Assembly (NCBI GenBank): GCA_964016885.1 | Contig: OZ024755.1 | Location: forward strand, 21,018,001 to 21,082,000 | DNA: 64,000 nucleotides | From: Eledone cirrhosa | Lineage: Eukaryota | Direction of reading: 5' to 3' | Shown: in pieces, positions 51,723 through 64,000 of the stretch | Numbering within the stretch: position 1 is the first letter of the stretch | How the letters are laid out: each line of letters begins with the position of its first letter | Made by a program: the position numbers and the translations under genes | The notes under the pieces: model-generated | Database searches by the model: none | Seen by the model: the letters and a program-made list of their open reading frames with translations, nothing else | What the model was told of the DNA's origin: nothing

Positions 51723-52079
51723 AGGCACATGGCTTGGTGGTTAGAGCATTCTCAGACCGGGTGATGTGTTGTTTCCTTGAGCAAGACACTTTATTTCACA
51801 TTGCTCCAGTTTACTCAGCTGTAGAAATGAGATGATAGGGACTGGGGTCCATATCATTCCACTGCAAAGTGGTCGTGGAGGTGCCACGGCAAAAAAGCAC
51901 CCAGCACTCACTGTAAATGAGGTTGGTGTTAGGAAGGGCATCCAGCTGTAGAAATCAAGCCAAAATCAGTTCCTGTATGAGCACGGCATGGTCAGCCGAT
52001 CAGACACTGCCCACAACAGGACAACCCGTCTAACCCATGTTAGCATGGAAGAACGGACGTAAAACGGTGATGATGATGA
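51721..52079 (+). mobile_element. Composite SINE: family B head/CORE-like domain plus RTE-tailed body
   Basis: Nearly identical to 55168-55450. B-box segment is deleted here. Ends with (GAT)n, flanked by TA. Confidence 0.8.
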
Positions 52080-55000
52080 TATATATATACACACACACAC
52101 TACTATATTTTATTTCTATTGTAATCAATTATGTCATGCTGCTTTGGAGATTATCCCACTTTTCAATGCAATAATTGATTGTTATTTCTCTCTTTCTTCC
52201 TCTCTCTTTTTCCCTTTTCTGCTTCTTCTCAGACACGCTCTTTCTCGCTCTCTCTCTCTTTACTCACTTTTCTTTGTTTCTTTCTCACATTCTTTTCTTA
52301 TTTCTCCGTCTATCTCCCTCATTCTCTCATTCTCCTTTCCCTATCATTCTCTTTTTTTCTTATCTCTCTGTCCCTTTTTCTACATCACCACCCACGCATC
52401 ATCCTCTCTCTGATAGCATACCATAGATTTTGCTCACGGGGCAGGATTTCAGTTAAGCATTGAAAATCGAAACAAAACCGTTTATTTTTTTAAATTAAAT
52501 TTGATGGTATGTTATGGTATTTATACAAACATTTCATCTGACTAAGAGGCCAAGCTGTTACATTGAACTAGTAGCCACTTTACAATCACATACAGACATA
52601 ATAATGATTTCTGATTTAGGCACAAAGTCAACAATTTTGGGGGAGAGGAAAGTTGATTAAATCAACCCCAGTGCATTACTGGTGCTTTATTTTATCAACC
52701 CTGTAAGGATGAAAGGCAAAGCTAACCTCGGCGGGATTTGAACTCAGAGGGTAACGGGACTTAACTATATGCCATAAAGCATATTGTCCAATGCTCTACC
52801 AATACAAAGACATAATAATGATATGTTATAGTAATAAACAATCCTTTATATTCAGATATTTCCTCTAATTGAGGGTGCCAAGCTCATATACTAGTAGCCA
52901 CTTTACATTACAATCACACACACTGACATAACAATGATATGTTGTAGTGTTACAATATCCTTTATATTCAAACATTTTCTCTAACTGAGAGGTCAAGCTG
53001 TTACACTGAACTAATAGCCACTTTACAATCACATACGCTGACATAACAATGATATGATATCTCCTAAAATCAAATTAGTTTAATTCATATTGTTATCCAA
53101 GAACTCTGCCTAACACTATTTGTAATATTTGTTCCGGTATCAGTTGTCAAATCACAGTGTTTATTAATAGAGTCTGGATTTTAGCATTGAAAGCTTCAGG
53201 GACTGAAGATTCTATATTTCCTTCCCTGTCACTCTATCAATACTGTATTTCTGTCATTGTTTATTTGATCTGCATTAGCTAACATACCCTTTGCACTCTT
53301 AAGAAATCACAGCTGTATTATTTCCTGCTATTTCCTGCTTGAGATATAAATATACCATCTTGTGGTTATATTATTCCTTTGGCACCAATACTAAACTGGA
53401 GTGGCATTTTCATAGAACATTGTTTGAACTTGTATTTGGTTGTCCATCAACACAAATATACTAAGAAGTCTTTCTGACTAAGAACTTTTCTTGTCCAGTA
53501 AAACAAAACACAAAATCAAAATAAGAAGCTTTATTTAGTGAATATCATTTAAAACCTAATTTAATACATATGACCATTCTTTCAGTCCCTTATTGGTAAT
53601 ATAGAGGTTTTTATTTTCGTAAGTTTACATATGATCTTATCAAACCATGTAAATAAGTTATCTGGAAATTCAGACATTGTCAGATATTATTGTATGTGGA
53701 ACATTATTTCTAGAAAACACGGTCTTTAATACCTTCCTAGCTCTTGCTCTTTGTTAATTTTTAACCCTTATCACTGCTAGTCAGCCATCAACAGGTATTT
53801 CAGAACATCAAAAGATTCTTGACATAAACATGATCTATATTCAACCATATCTATATTTTAATTGCTATAGCACTCAGGAAGGGCATACACCATAGAAACC
53901 AAGCCAAAATACAGATCCGTATGTGCAAGATGTGGTCTCTGGACCGTGGAAATGGACATTAAACAATCATGATGATGATGATGATGATGATAGAATATGT
54001 ATTTTATTGTGAGAGATGATTCCACCTATATTGTAACTTCACAGTAACCTGCTCCTTACTCAGCTTCTAATTTCAACTTATTCTTTGTTGTTGTTCAACC
54101 ATAATATACATCATCATACATAGTTTTTATCATTAATATTCCATTTGAACAATTATTTCTCCATCACACAAGATACCAAGTGATATCAAGATATACAAGA
54201 TACCGAGTGATATCGAGATGCACAAGATACTGAGATATACTGTCTTTAATTGTTAATTTGTTTTTCAGTGACTGAAATGACCTTACAACAACTGAACGAT
54301 TACCCCAATTATTATTAAACATTACTTTTTAATAAACCAGATAAGATATCATTGGCAGTCCCTAACTGTATATTTTCATTAATAAGCATTCATTTTCAAT
54401 ATACTCAATAAGATATTAACATTGGCAGTCCCTCTTTTTAATATAGCAGATAAGATATTATCACTGGAAGTCCCCAAATGTATATTTTCAGGTTTTATAA
54501 CATTAGTTTCAACAAGATGACTTATCACATTCATCGAAATCAACATTTTAAATAAATTCTTATTGTGATGTTCCATCAACATGGAACATTTTAGATCCTT
54601 TTACATGATATGGTTGAGTGGACAGCAACTAAATCAGCTCCCCCACCAAACCCTGGTCTGGCGAGGAGGATAAGGGGAACTCTAGCAGCACAAAAAACAA
54701 GAGGCCACCCAGTCCAAGGTCACCCACCCCAACTATGGATTAAATAGCGTTACCAACCTGCAATTGGTTAAGTGTGGTGACTATGGCTACACCTCTTGAA
54801 GATATGACCAAAACCAAACAGAAAGCAGTGGAGGATAACTCAGGAAAGGGTTCCTCCAACAGGAATGAGATGGCCCTAGATTTGGATTACATAATATATT
54901 TCAAAATCAAATGTTGTCATTGTGAAGTTCATAATAAAATACAAGCAGATGTTACTTTCACAATTTTTGCCAAAAATAAATTCAAGTGGCCTGTGATGTT

Positions 55001-55167
55001 AAACCTTAGCCAAGCAGAAAATGCAGAGCTGTTCAATTATATAATACAGTTGCCAAGTCTTTCCTTTTAATATTTGAATATCTTATTTCAACTGTGGTTA
55101 ATGTTCTTGATAAATATATTACAGGATTACTGTATTCCAGATATAACCTTTTCACTTGCATAACATG

Positions 55168-55513
55168 AAGGAACATGGCTTAGTGGTTAGAGCATTGGCC
55201 TTGCAATCGAAAGGTTGTGAGTTCAATTCTTGGACCGGGTGATGTGTTGTTTCCTTGAGCAAGATACTTTATTTCACATTGCTCCTGTTTACTCAGCTGT
55301 AGAAATGAGATGATAGGGACTGGGGTCCATATCATTCCACTGCAAAGTGGTCGTGGAGGTGCCACGGCAAAAAAGCACCCAGCACTCACTGTAAACGAGG
55401 TTGGTGTTAGGAAGGGCATCCAGCTGTAGAAATCAAGCCAAAATCAGTTCCCGTCCCACCCTTGCAAGCAGGGGAAAGCGGACGTAAAATGATGATGATG
55501 ATGATGATGATGA
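55168..55513 (+). mobile_element. Composite SINE with exchanged RTE 3' tail
   Basis: Same body as 51721 up to atcagttcc, then ccgtcccacccttgcaagcagggg...gtaaaatgatg, matching the tail of the RTE at 31646. Confidence 0.8.
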
Positions 55514-55589
55514 TCAGTTGTTAGTGTAACATCTGTTAAATATCATAAGACTAGACTCCTAGCTTTAATACTTCTTTTTTTCTTCGCCC

Positions 55590-55792
55590 ACTTATTCCTG
55601 AGAGGATCATGGAGGCAGAATCCTGAAACACTCTCCAATGGGTCCTGTCAAAAGCAACCGTCTCCAGCCAAGCTCATTGATTTTATCCAACCATTTTGCT
55701 CGTGGTCTATCCCTGGGTCTCCTGCCTGTTAGTTTCGCTCGTAAAATCTGTCTAGCAATTCTTTCCTAAGACATTCTAACCACATGTCCATA
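55590..55792 (-). mobile_element. Degenerate RTE-type 3' fragment
   Basis: Minus strand encodes YGHVVRMS*ERIARQILRAKLTGRRPRDRPRAKWLDKI. Confidence 0.7.
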
Positions 55793-55959
55793 GTTAATAT
55801 AATATCTGTCGCAATATAAAACTGGACCAGGAATTGAACCCACAACTTTATGATCGTAAGTCCAACACACTTATCACTAGGCCACATGCCTCCATATCTG
55901 ATTTTATGCCTTATTTTAAATCTAATTTACCAAAATAATTCATGGTTGGACAAAGAAAC

Positions 55960-56640
55960 ATATTTTATTATCTTCACATTTTCTTAGATATCCATCTGTT
56001 TCTGTTTTTCCTACAACCACTAAAGGAGAAACCCATTTATTCCCTCTTGGAGGAACTTTTAAAATACTTTCATTCATTAATTAGTTCCCTCACTTTTACT
56101 ATGATTAATGGTTTAATGTGTATTGGCAATAGTCTTGCCTCAAAATAGCATGGCTTGATATTTCTTTTGAGAAGAATGTTAGCCTTAAAGTCTTTTAATC
56201 TCTGAAAATATCCTGAAGCTTTCTTCGATCTCATGCATTAATGTTAAACATTCATCACATCCAAACCAAGTATGAGATTTTTTTTGTGTGTTTTGTTCTC
56301 CAATAACATTTGTAATCTCTATTCCCTTATCAATTTCCATTAATGCATTAGATGTTCCAAAAATTTTCAATGAGTGATCCATCAAATTAATGAGCTTTGT
56401 GATCCACACTTTCTTAATTTTCCTTTATTCAAACCCAGCCAAATTCTCTGTAGTATTAGAGTTACCTGAAAGCCAGTATCAATTTACTACATTTTAAAAT
56501 CAACATGATCCAGTTTAACCTTGAGCATTGTAAAAAGATTATCAGTCAGATTCATGAATCTCCCTGTATAATTCCTTCAACCTTTTTTGTAGATTTTCAT
56601 GCTGCATAGAAGTTATTCTTTTTTTCCACACTTAATACAG
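55960..56640 (-). mobile_element. Degenerate Ty3/Gypsy LTR-retrotransposon pol fragment (protease to RT N-terminus)
   Basis: Minus strand shows an IDTG protease-like motif, then IK.DFKANILLK..IKP.YFEARLLPIHIKP...KWVSPLVVV.K..DG.LR (W.SP.V.V.K..G..R motif), with stops and frameshifts. Confidence 0.75.
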
Positions 56641-56656
56641 ATTTTACCAAATGCTC

Positions 56657-57000
56657 TGAAGCCGCATGGCTTAGTGTTTAAAGCATCAGGCTTATAATAA
56701 TGAGGTTGTGAGTTTGAGTCCCAGACTGGGTGATGTGTTGCGTCCTTGAGCAAGACACTTTATTTCACATTGCTCCAGTTTACTCAGCTGTAGAAATGAG
56801 TGGCGACGTCACTGGTGCCAAGCTGTATCAGCCGTTAGCTTTCCCTTGGGCAACATTGCTGGCATGGTGAGGGGAGACTGGTATGCATGAGGGACTGCTG
56901 GTCTTCCACAAACAACATTGCCTGGACTTGTGCCTTGGAGGGCAACTTCCTTGGTGCAAATCCCATGGTCACTTGTGACTGAAGGGGGTCTTTACCCTTT
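56657..57000 (+). mobile_element. Full-length SINE family B with a different 3' module
   Basis: Head, CORE-like domain, then tggcgacgtcactggtgccaagc...gggggtctttacccttt. Confidence 0.8.
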
Positions 57001-57877
57001 ACTAAATGCTGGACACATTGTTTTACATTTTACTAACTTAGTCACAGGAGGTAGGGCAGGGCCTTATGTCCGTTTACAAATCCCCCATGACTGATGAGAA
57101 TGAAGGGAAACCTGGCCCCTAAACTTCCAACAGAGTAGGCTCAACACAAGGCATCCTTGTTCAAATGATGGTGTTGAAGTAGGCAACATTTTAAGTTGTA
57201 ATGTCTTTAGAGAGTAATTTATTTAGAATATTTATAGTCCTTGCCAACCATGACCAGACTGCCGCCTCCCAGCATGGGCAACCCATCTAACCCATGCAAG
57301 CATGGAACAATTGATGCTAAATGGAAATGATGATGATGATTTGTGTGTTTAGCAACTGATCTGTCCGAAATATGTGAGCAGAAGTATTTTACTTTTTCCA
57401 TACAGAACATTTTAACAAACAATTTCACACAAAAGTAATCTGGAAGGCGACAGGAAATATCTTGTGTGTACTTACACATGAGTAGAGATTCATAGCTGAT
57501 GGAGTTGACAGGGTGCCATTACTTTAGACTGACAGCTTAATAGATGATCGGAGTCTATTTTCATTGTATTACTGACAAAGGCTCCTCAATCATTCAATTC
57601 AACTATCAGGAAGTAGTAGCTTGTTGTTGTTGCTTCACCCCAGGTCTTTCCTGATCAAGTAAAACTATGATCAGAGGCTTCCAGCCATAATCATTCTGTA
57701 TGTTTTCAGACATAGAATATCTTAGACTACATTAACCAACATTTCCTTTCTTTGTTAAATTGGTAGGGTAATTTAAGGGAGATTTAGCTGCTATTTTAAA
57801 TAGATTAAGGATTATGTAGGGGCTTATTTGTTGACTCTGTCAATAAATAGGTCACTGTTATAGAAAGCTGTTATACT

Positions 57878-57975
57878 GTACAGTGGAACCTCAGTTCATG
57901 AACTTAATTCAGTCTTGAAGGCCATTTGTCACCCAAAATGTTTGTAAACCGAAACTATTTTCCCATGCGAAATGT
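57878..57975 (+). mobile_element. pogo/Tigger-like terminal fragment
   Basis: TA-cagtggaacctcagtt start. No partner TIR seen. Confidence 0.45.
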
Positions 57976-58395
57976 TGAAAGAGAAAAAGACTGTGTGTGA
58001 AAGACAGATGATGAACCCCACTCTCATCACTTTTCACCCCACCCCTCACTCCCAATACCAAGAACTTGTACTTAGCACTTTTCCAAATCTTTCTACAACA
58101 CTACTACAGTATTCTAAATCTATCTACATGTCCATGCTGCTTTCTTTCCATAAACATTGATTGATCTTCAGAGATTCAAAATGAACATCAAACTATGATG
58201 ACAGTGCTCCAGCATGCCCCTAGGTCAATACAAACTAAAGATTATATCAACCTCAGCAGACTGGGAGAGAGGAGCATCTTCAAAAGCTTCTAACATTGTT
58301 CCCTCCTCTTGGGACAAACTAATAATATTGGATGTTGTCACTGTTATGTTTATATTACAGCATACTCTTTGTGTGCAGACACATAAGTGCGCCTA

Positions 58396-58752
58396 CTTCA
58401 AGTAGCTATTGGTTAGATGGAACATAACTGGGTCTGCTTCAAGTAGCTGTTGGTCGGATGTAACATAACTAAGACTGTTTAAAATAGCTACAGGTTAGAT
58501 GTAACATAACTGGGTCTGCTTCAAGTAGCTGTTGGTCGGATGTAACATAACTAAGACTGTTTAAAGTAGCTACAGGTTAGATGTAACATAAATGGGTCTG
58601 TTTATTGTAGCTACAGGTTGGATGTAACATAACTAAGACTGTTTAAAGTAGCTAGTGTTTAGATGTAACATAAATGGGTCTGTTTATTGTAGCTACAGGT
58701 TGGATGTAACATAACTAAGACTGTTTAAAGTAGCTAGTGTTTAGATGTAACA
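58396..58752. repeat. 78-bp dimeric satellite of alternating 39-bp subunits
   Basis: gtagct....gtt.gatgtaacataa alternately followed by .tgggtctg and ctaagactg. Confidence 0.9.
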
Positions 58753-58804
58753 TCCTGACCTCTCAAGAATCACTTGCAACTTGAGCTATCATTATCACCA
58801 TCAT

Positions 58805-59040
58805 AAAGTGTCTTGCTCAAGGACAGAGTAGACTGGAGCAGTGTAAAATAAAATGTCTTGTTCAAGGACCCATTGGACTGGAACAACATGACATAAAATG
58901 TCTAGCTCAAGGACACAGTGGACTGAAGCAATGTGACATAAAATACCTTGCTCAAGGACACAATACGCCATCGAAAATCAAACTCATGACTATGATCCTG
59001 AGCTGAACACTTTAATCACTATAAGCTACACTCCTTCACA
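58805..59040 (-). mobile_element. SINE family B with ~4x CORE-like domain repeat
   Basis: Repeated tgtcttgctcaaggaca...gactgga units with head at the right end. Confidence 0.75.
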
Positions 59041-60000
59041 TATTAATGATATAAAAGAAAAGGAAATAAGAACAACTAGGAATCAAAACTAAATGGTAAA
59101 CCCTGATTGCTGCTCTGCTACAAGCTTACTTTTTAACTTTCTACTTTATTATTGCACTTAGTTACTGCAATTTAAATAATTGATATTTCTCTATTGATCA
59201 TATAATAGTTTAGTTCTTATAGATTATTAAAATGCCTCTACTTCTTCCGCAACTTTTGTCCAGCCAGTAGACTTTGTTCTGTGATTGTTCTATTAGTAAT
59301 ATCAACATTACACATGACATAACTCTACACTTCAGTACAAAGGGACTCAATTTGAACCAACACTTATATTCTATTAATATGAACTTCTGCCAAGTTTTCT
59401 TTTTTTATCTTTGTTCTTCTCTTCCTCTATCTTTTTTCTATCTTTTTCCCTATTTTTTTTTTCAACCTGTTTTTACTTTCAGGTTATTGTTTTTAATATT
59501 ATCGTTGCTATCACTACCATCACCACCAACACCAATACTATCACCATCAACACCACCACCAACAACAACACTACCACTGCTGGCACCACTATATCCATCA
59601 TCACCATCACCAACATCAACAACACCATCCAAATCATCACCACCACCACTGCCACTATCACCACCAACACCACCACGTCTACTACCATCATCACCACTAC
59701 TGCCACCACCACCACCACCACCACCATCAACATCACCATCACAACCACCATTACCAATACCATCACCACCAACAATACCAATACCATCATTAAAATATTT
59801 GATAGGTATAAAACATTGTATTGTTCCTAGGTTTTCAGTTTTTTATTTTTTTTCCTTTCCTCTATGAAGTCCAATTTTCTAAGGGCCTGTTTACTTCTCT
59901 CCTTTTCTCACCCTATGACGTTTTTGGCATATTTCTACTTCGATTGTTTTCTGCCACCAATCTGTGGCAGCTTTCCATCTAACCTGTATCCTATATTTAT

Positions 60001-60202
60001 TTAACCCTTTAGTATTTAAACCGGCCATATCCGGCCAGAATTCTCTCACCTCTTTCTGTTCAAAATGACTGTAACTGGCCACTCATACTGATGTTAAGGT
60101 ATTGTTCTCAAAATAAATAATATCGCATAGATTTGATATTATGTGAGACAATCATGAAAATGCAATAGTAAATATACAGTAATGTAAATGCTAAAGGGTT
60201 AA
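60001..60202 (+). mobile_element. piggyBac-like MITE P1
   Basis: TTAA-ccctttagtattta ... taaatgctaaaggg-TTAA. Confidence 0.85.
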
Positions 60203-60854
60203 TATGTCACCCCTGTTACATAAATTAATATGCTTCTTTCATATTTAGTTGCTTTCATTGCTCATCTTTATTTAACTTATCACACATTACATATCCAACT
60301 GACTTTACTATACTCATTTCTCTTTACTGACTATACAGTTTATCGACTGTTTACTACATCATAATAACAATAATATTCACACCAGCAACTAATGTCAGTG
60401 AATTGTTATCACATAATATTGTTATCACATAATACCAACTGTGGTGTTATTAACTGATATTTTCAACACAGCCCGATAGCTTTGAAGACTTTTACCAGTA
60501 CAGTCTGCTAGCAAATATGACTAAAATTCATCTCTACTTATCAGAAAACAAACTTATGAAAGTTAAAGATCATCACATATCTATAATAAAAAATGGTTAC
60601 TTGGAAACCAGGGTGATGAATCCATGTTTTTTGCATATTGACTGTGACTAACAAATAATATAACATATATAGTTTGAAAGCTTAAGTAAAAGGCAAATAG
60701 ATTTGATGATATTTATAACAAACTAAAGCTATGAGCAGTGTCTAAAAAGTTGAAGGTTGGGAGGTTAATAAGTTCAGTTTGATAGATGGACGCAATATGA
60801 TATTCCCCAGTAGGTGTGTGTACATATATATATATATATATCTATCTATCTATC

Positions 60855-61003
60855 TAAGGCGGGTAAAATTCCCGAGATCCATGGACGAGTTCTCTCCAGC
60901 GGTCTCTGTCCCTCATTATCGCTGCCATATCCTGCATCTCCAACAGACCAGTGTCTGTCCTTAGGGCATCAACATATGTTAACCTTGGTCTTCCTCTTCT
61001 AGT
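60855..61003 (-). mobile_element. RTE-type LINE 3' end (further family)
   Basis: RRGRPRLTYVDALRTDTG...RDRDRWRELV. Confidence 0.75.
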
Positions 61004-62261
61004 GTGTCCATGTATGCATGCATATATATATGCATGCATATATATATGTAATAGCTGCAGGTGATATATAAATATATATTTGTGTATGTGTGTGTGAATA
61101 TATATATATATATATATATTTATGCACACACACATGTTTGTGTATCTGAGTGTGTGATACAAAAGATGTGAACCCAAAAATCAGAAATCTGGTACAAGAC
61201 TAATTCAGTTCTAAACACTATCAATTTGAACCCAGATCTCAGAAATCTGGTACAGCGAGACTACCTCAGTTTTAAACACTCTATTGATTTGAACCCAGAA
61301 ATCTATTACAGCAAGTCTACTTCAGCTCTAAATACTCTATCAATTTTGCTTCTCCCTATATACTACTAGAATATTCTACTCTTTATTTCACTTGTTTGAG
61401 TTTTTCACTTAAATATTTACACTGTTTGTTACTCTATAATTGTCTTGTATTCCTTCCTTCCTGTATTTCTGTCTAAATCTGTGATGCCAACTCTTTTACA
61501 TTTCCGTTAATCCAGTTTTATTTTATACTACTTTTCTTTCATTTTTTTTGTTTTGTTCCTATTCCTATTCCGACATTTGGTAATAACCATATAATCAGAA
61601 ACATCAACATCTATTGACATCCTCTGGAACTGGTGGGAAAAAAAGAGTTTTTATGACCTTGTCACCATCTAGTATTTGATAGAATTATAACTGCTGAGAT
61701 CACTTACAGTAATTTAATAACATCAAACTACTGTTGTTAGCTTAACTCTTTCAACATCATTCCAGCATGATTCAATAAAGCAATATATTCTAAATTTCTG
61801 CAGATATATAGACAGTCATCTATTGATATGACATATAAATATAAAAAAATTAAAATATACAGCAATATCATGTTAGCATTAACATTATCGTATCATCTAT
61901 GTCATTTAATCATCATCACCAATGACATTCAAACATGTCATATTTTCATGCGGGCATGGGTTAGATAAGTTTGCCATACAATATATCATCAAAACTAAAG
62001 AACATTATACATTCAACTCAGATATCATTCTACACATCTTTATTGATACAGCAAATGATTACTAATTAATCAATATCTATTTATCTAAATGGCTTGACAT
62101 TTCCTCATACAAGATACCTGTTACTGGGCATTAACCCCTATTTATTTTTAAGATATACCTATGGTAGAATTTAAACACTCTTTAAATCAATAATTCACTC
62201 ATCAACTATACAATTTCGTTGTTATATACATCTGTAAGCTAAACCACATTGTTAAACTTAC

Positions 62262-62385
62262 CTGGTGCTGAGTAAAGCCTTGCAGCAGTATGCTACATTT
62301 TCAATGTTGCTGTAGGATTTAAGTATCTATGGGGAAATTTCAGATCTAATAATGTGGTCTGTGTTATGTTGATAAATAACCTGAT
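62262..62385 (-). other. Candidate exon (alternative acceptors at 62309 and 62385)
   Basis: Consensus CAG|gtaagt donor, with tcctacag and ttttctttag acceptors. Confidence 0.35.
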
Positions 62386-62618
62386 CTAAAGAAAATAACT
62401 CCTAAAGCTAATTTTGAAAGATAGTTGCCATTGGTATTTAACTCTCCAGTTGAAAAGAATATAAAAAGACAGAAAAAGGACTGTTACTAAGATTTTGCAG
62501 CCCCTTTTTTATTATAAGCATAAGTTATTGGTTTTTTTTCAGTGCTTGTTTACAATTTCCTTCAATTATATTCAATCCAGGTCAGTTGAGTGCAATGTGC
62601 TAAAGGGATACTAAGGAG

Positions 62619-62820
62619 TATGAGGATAAGTTGAAAAGTTCATAGGCTGACCAAGATACTCTCACGGAATGACCAAATGAGGTTTATTTTTCAACATAGA
62701 GCCTGGAAGGAAACAATGCAGTTATTAATAAGAAGAGTTGAAATTAATGCATGCAAGATTTCACAGCTTTAGCATTACTCCTTCATGATCAACCTATGAA
62801 CTTTTCAGCTAACCATCATA
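62619..62820. mobile_element. Tc1/mariner-like MITE (monomeric form of 43505)
   Basis: Same TIRs, single internal unit. Confidence 0.8.
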
Positions 62821-62970
62821 TGTACCATCAACTCTTTTGTCAGCTGAAACTCTTGTTCAAATATTGTAAGTTCTGTAGATCTGGCTTCCATGTAGTAATT
62901 CAAGAAATGAATTCACTGGAATAGTTCTCCCATTGCTTCCATTAAAAAGACTTAAACTGTTTCCCTTCCA

Positions 62971-64000
<1,030 letters not shown>

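Noticed and set aside
57085-57120. CTGATGA...GAAAC hammerhead-like words
   Set aside because: No stem II, no NUH triplet and no stem I.

Overview
AT-rich, microsatellite-laden eukaryotic DNA. The SINE and LINE types suggest a coleoid cephalopod such as Octopus, but this is inferred from recognition, not a search. The window is essentially intronic or intergenic. No complete protein-coding gene is visible, and nearly all ORF-track entries are microsatellite artefacts. Recognisable content: fragments of RTE, CR1, L1/Tx1 and Gypsy retroelements, two tRNA-derived SINE families, TTAA-flanked piggyBac-like and TA-flanked Tc1/mariner-like MITEs, many minisatellites and three weak exon candidates. 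The most notable signal is about 10 type-I hammerhead ribozyme (HHR) cores from four sequence families, plus 3' half-cores of a fifth. They cluster at about 8.1-9.5 kb and 33.4-36.3 kb, sit between (TA)n tracts, and are often inside fold-back palindromes. One family has an unusually long (~100 nt) covarying stem II. Four families share a common 3' tail architecture. This fits Penelope-like or retrozyme-like retroelement termini. All pairings and coordinates were read by eye and may be off by a few bases.
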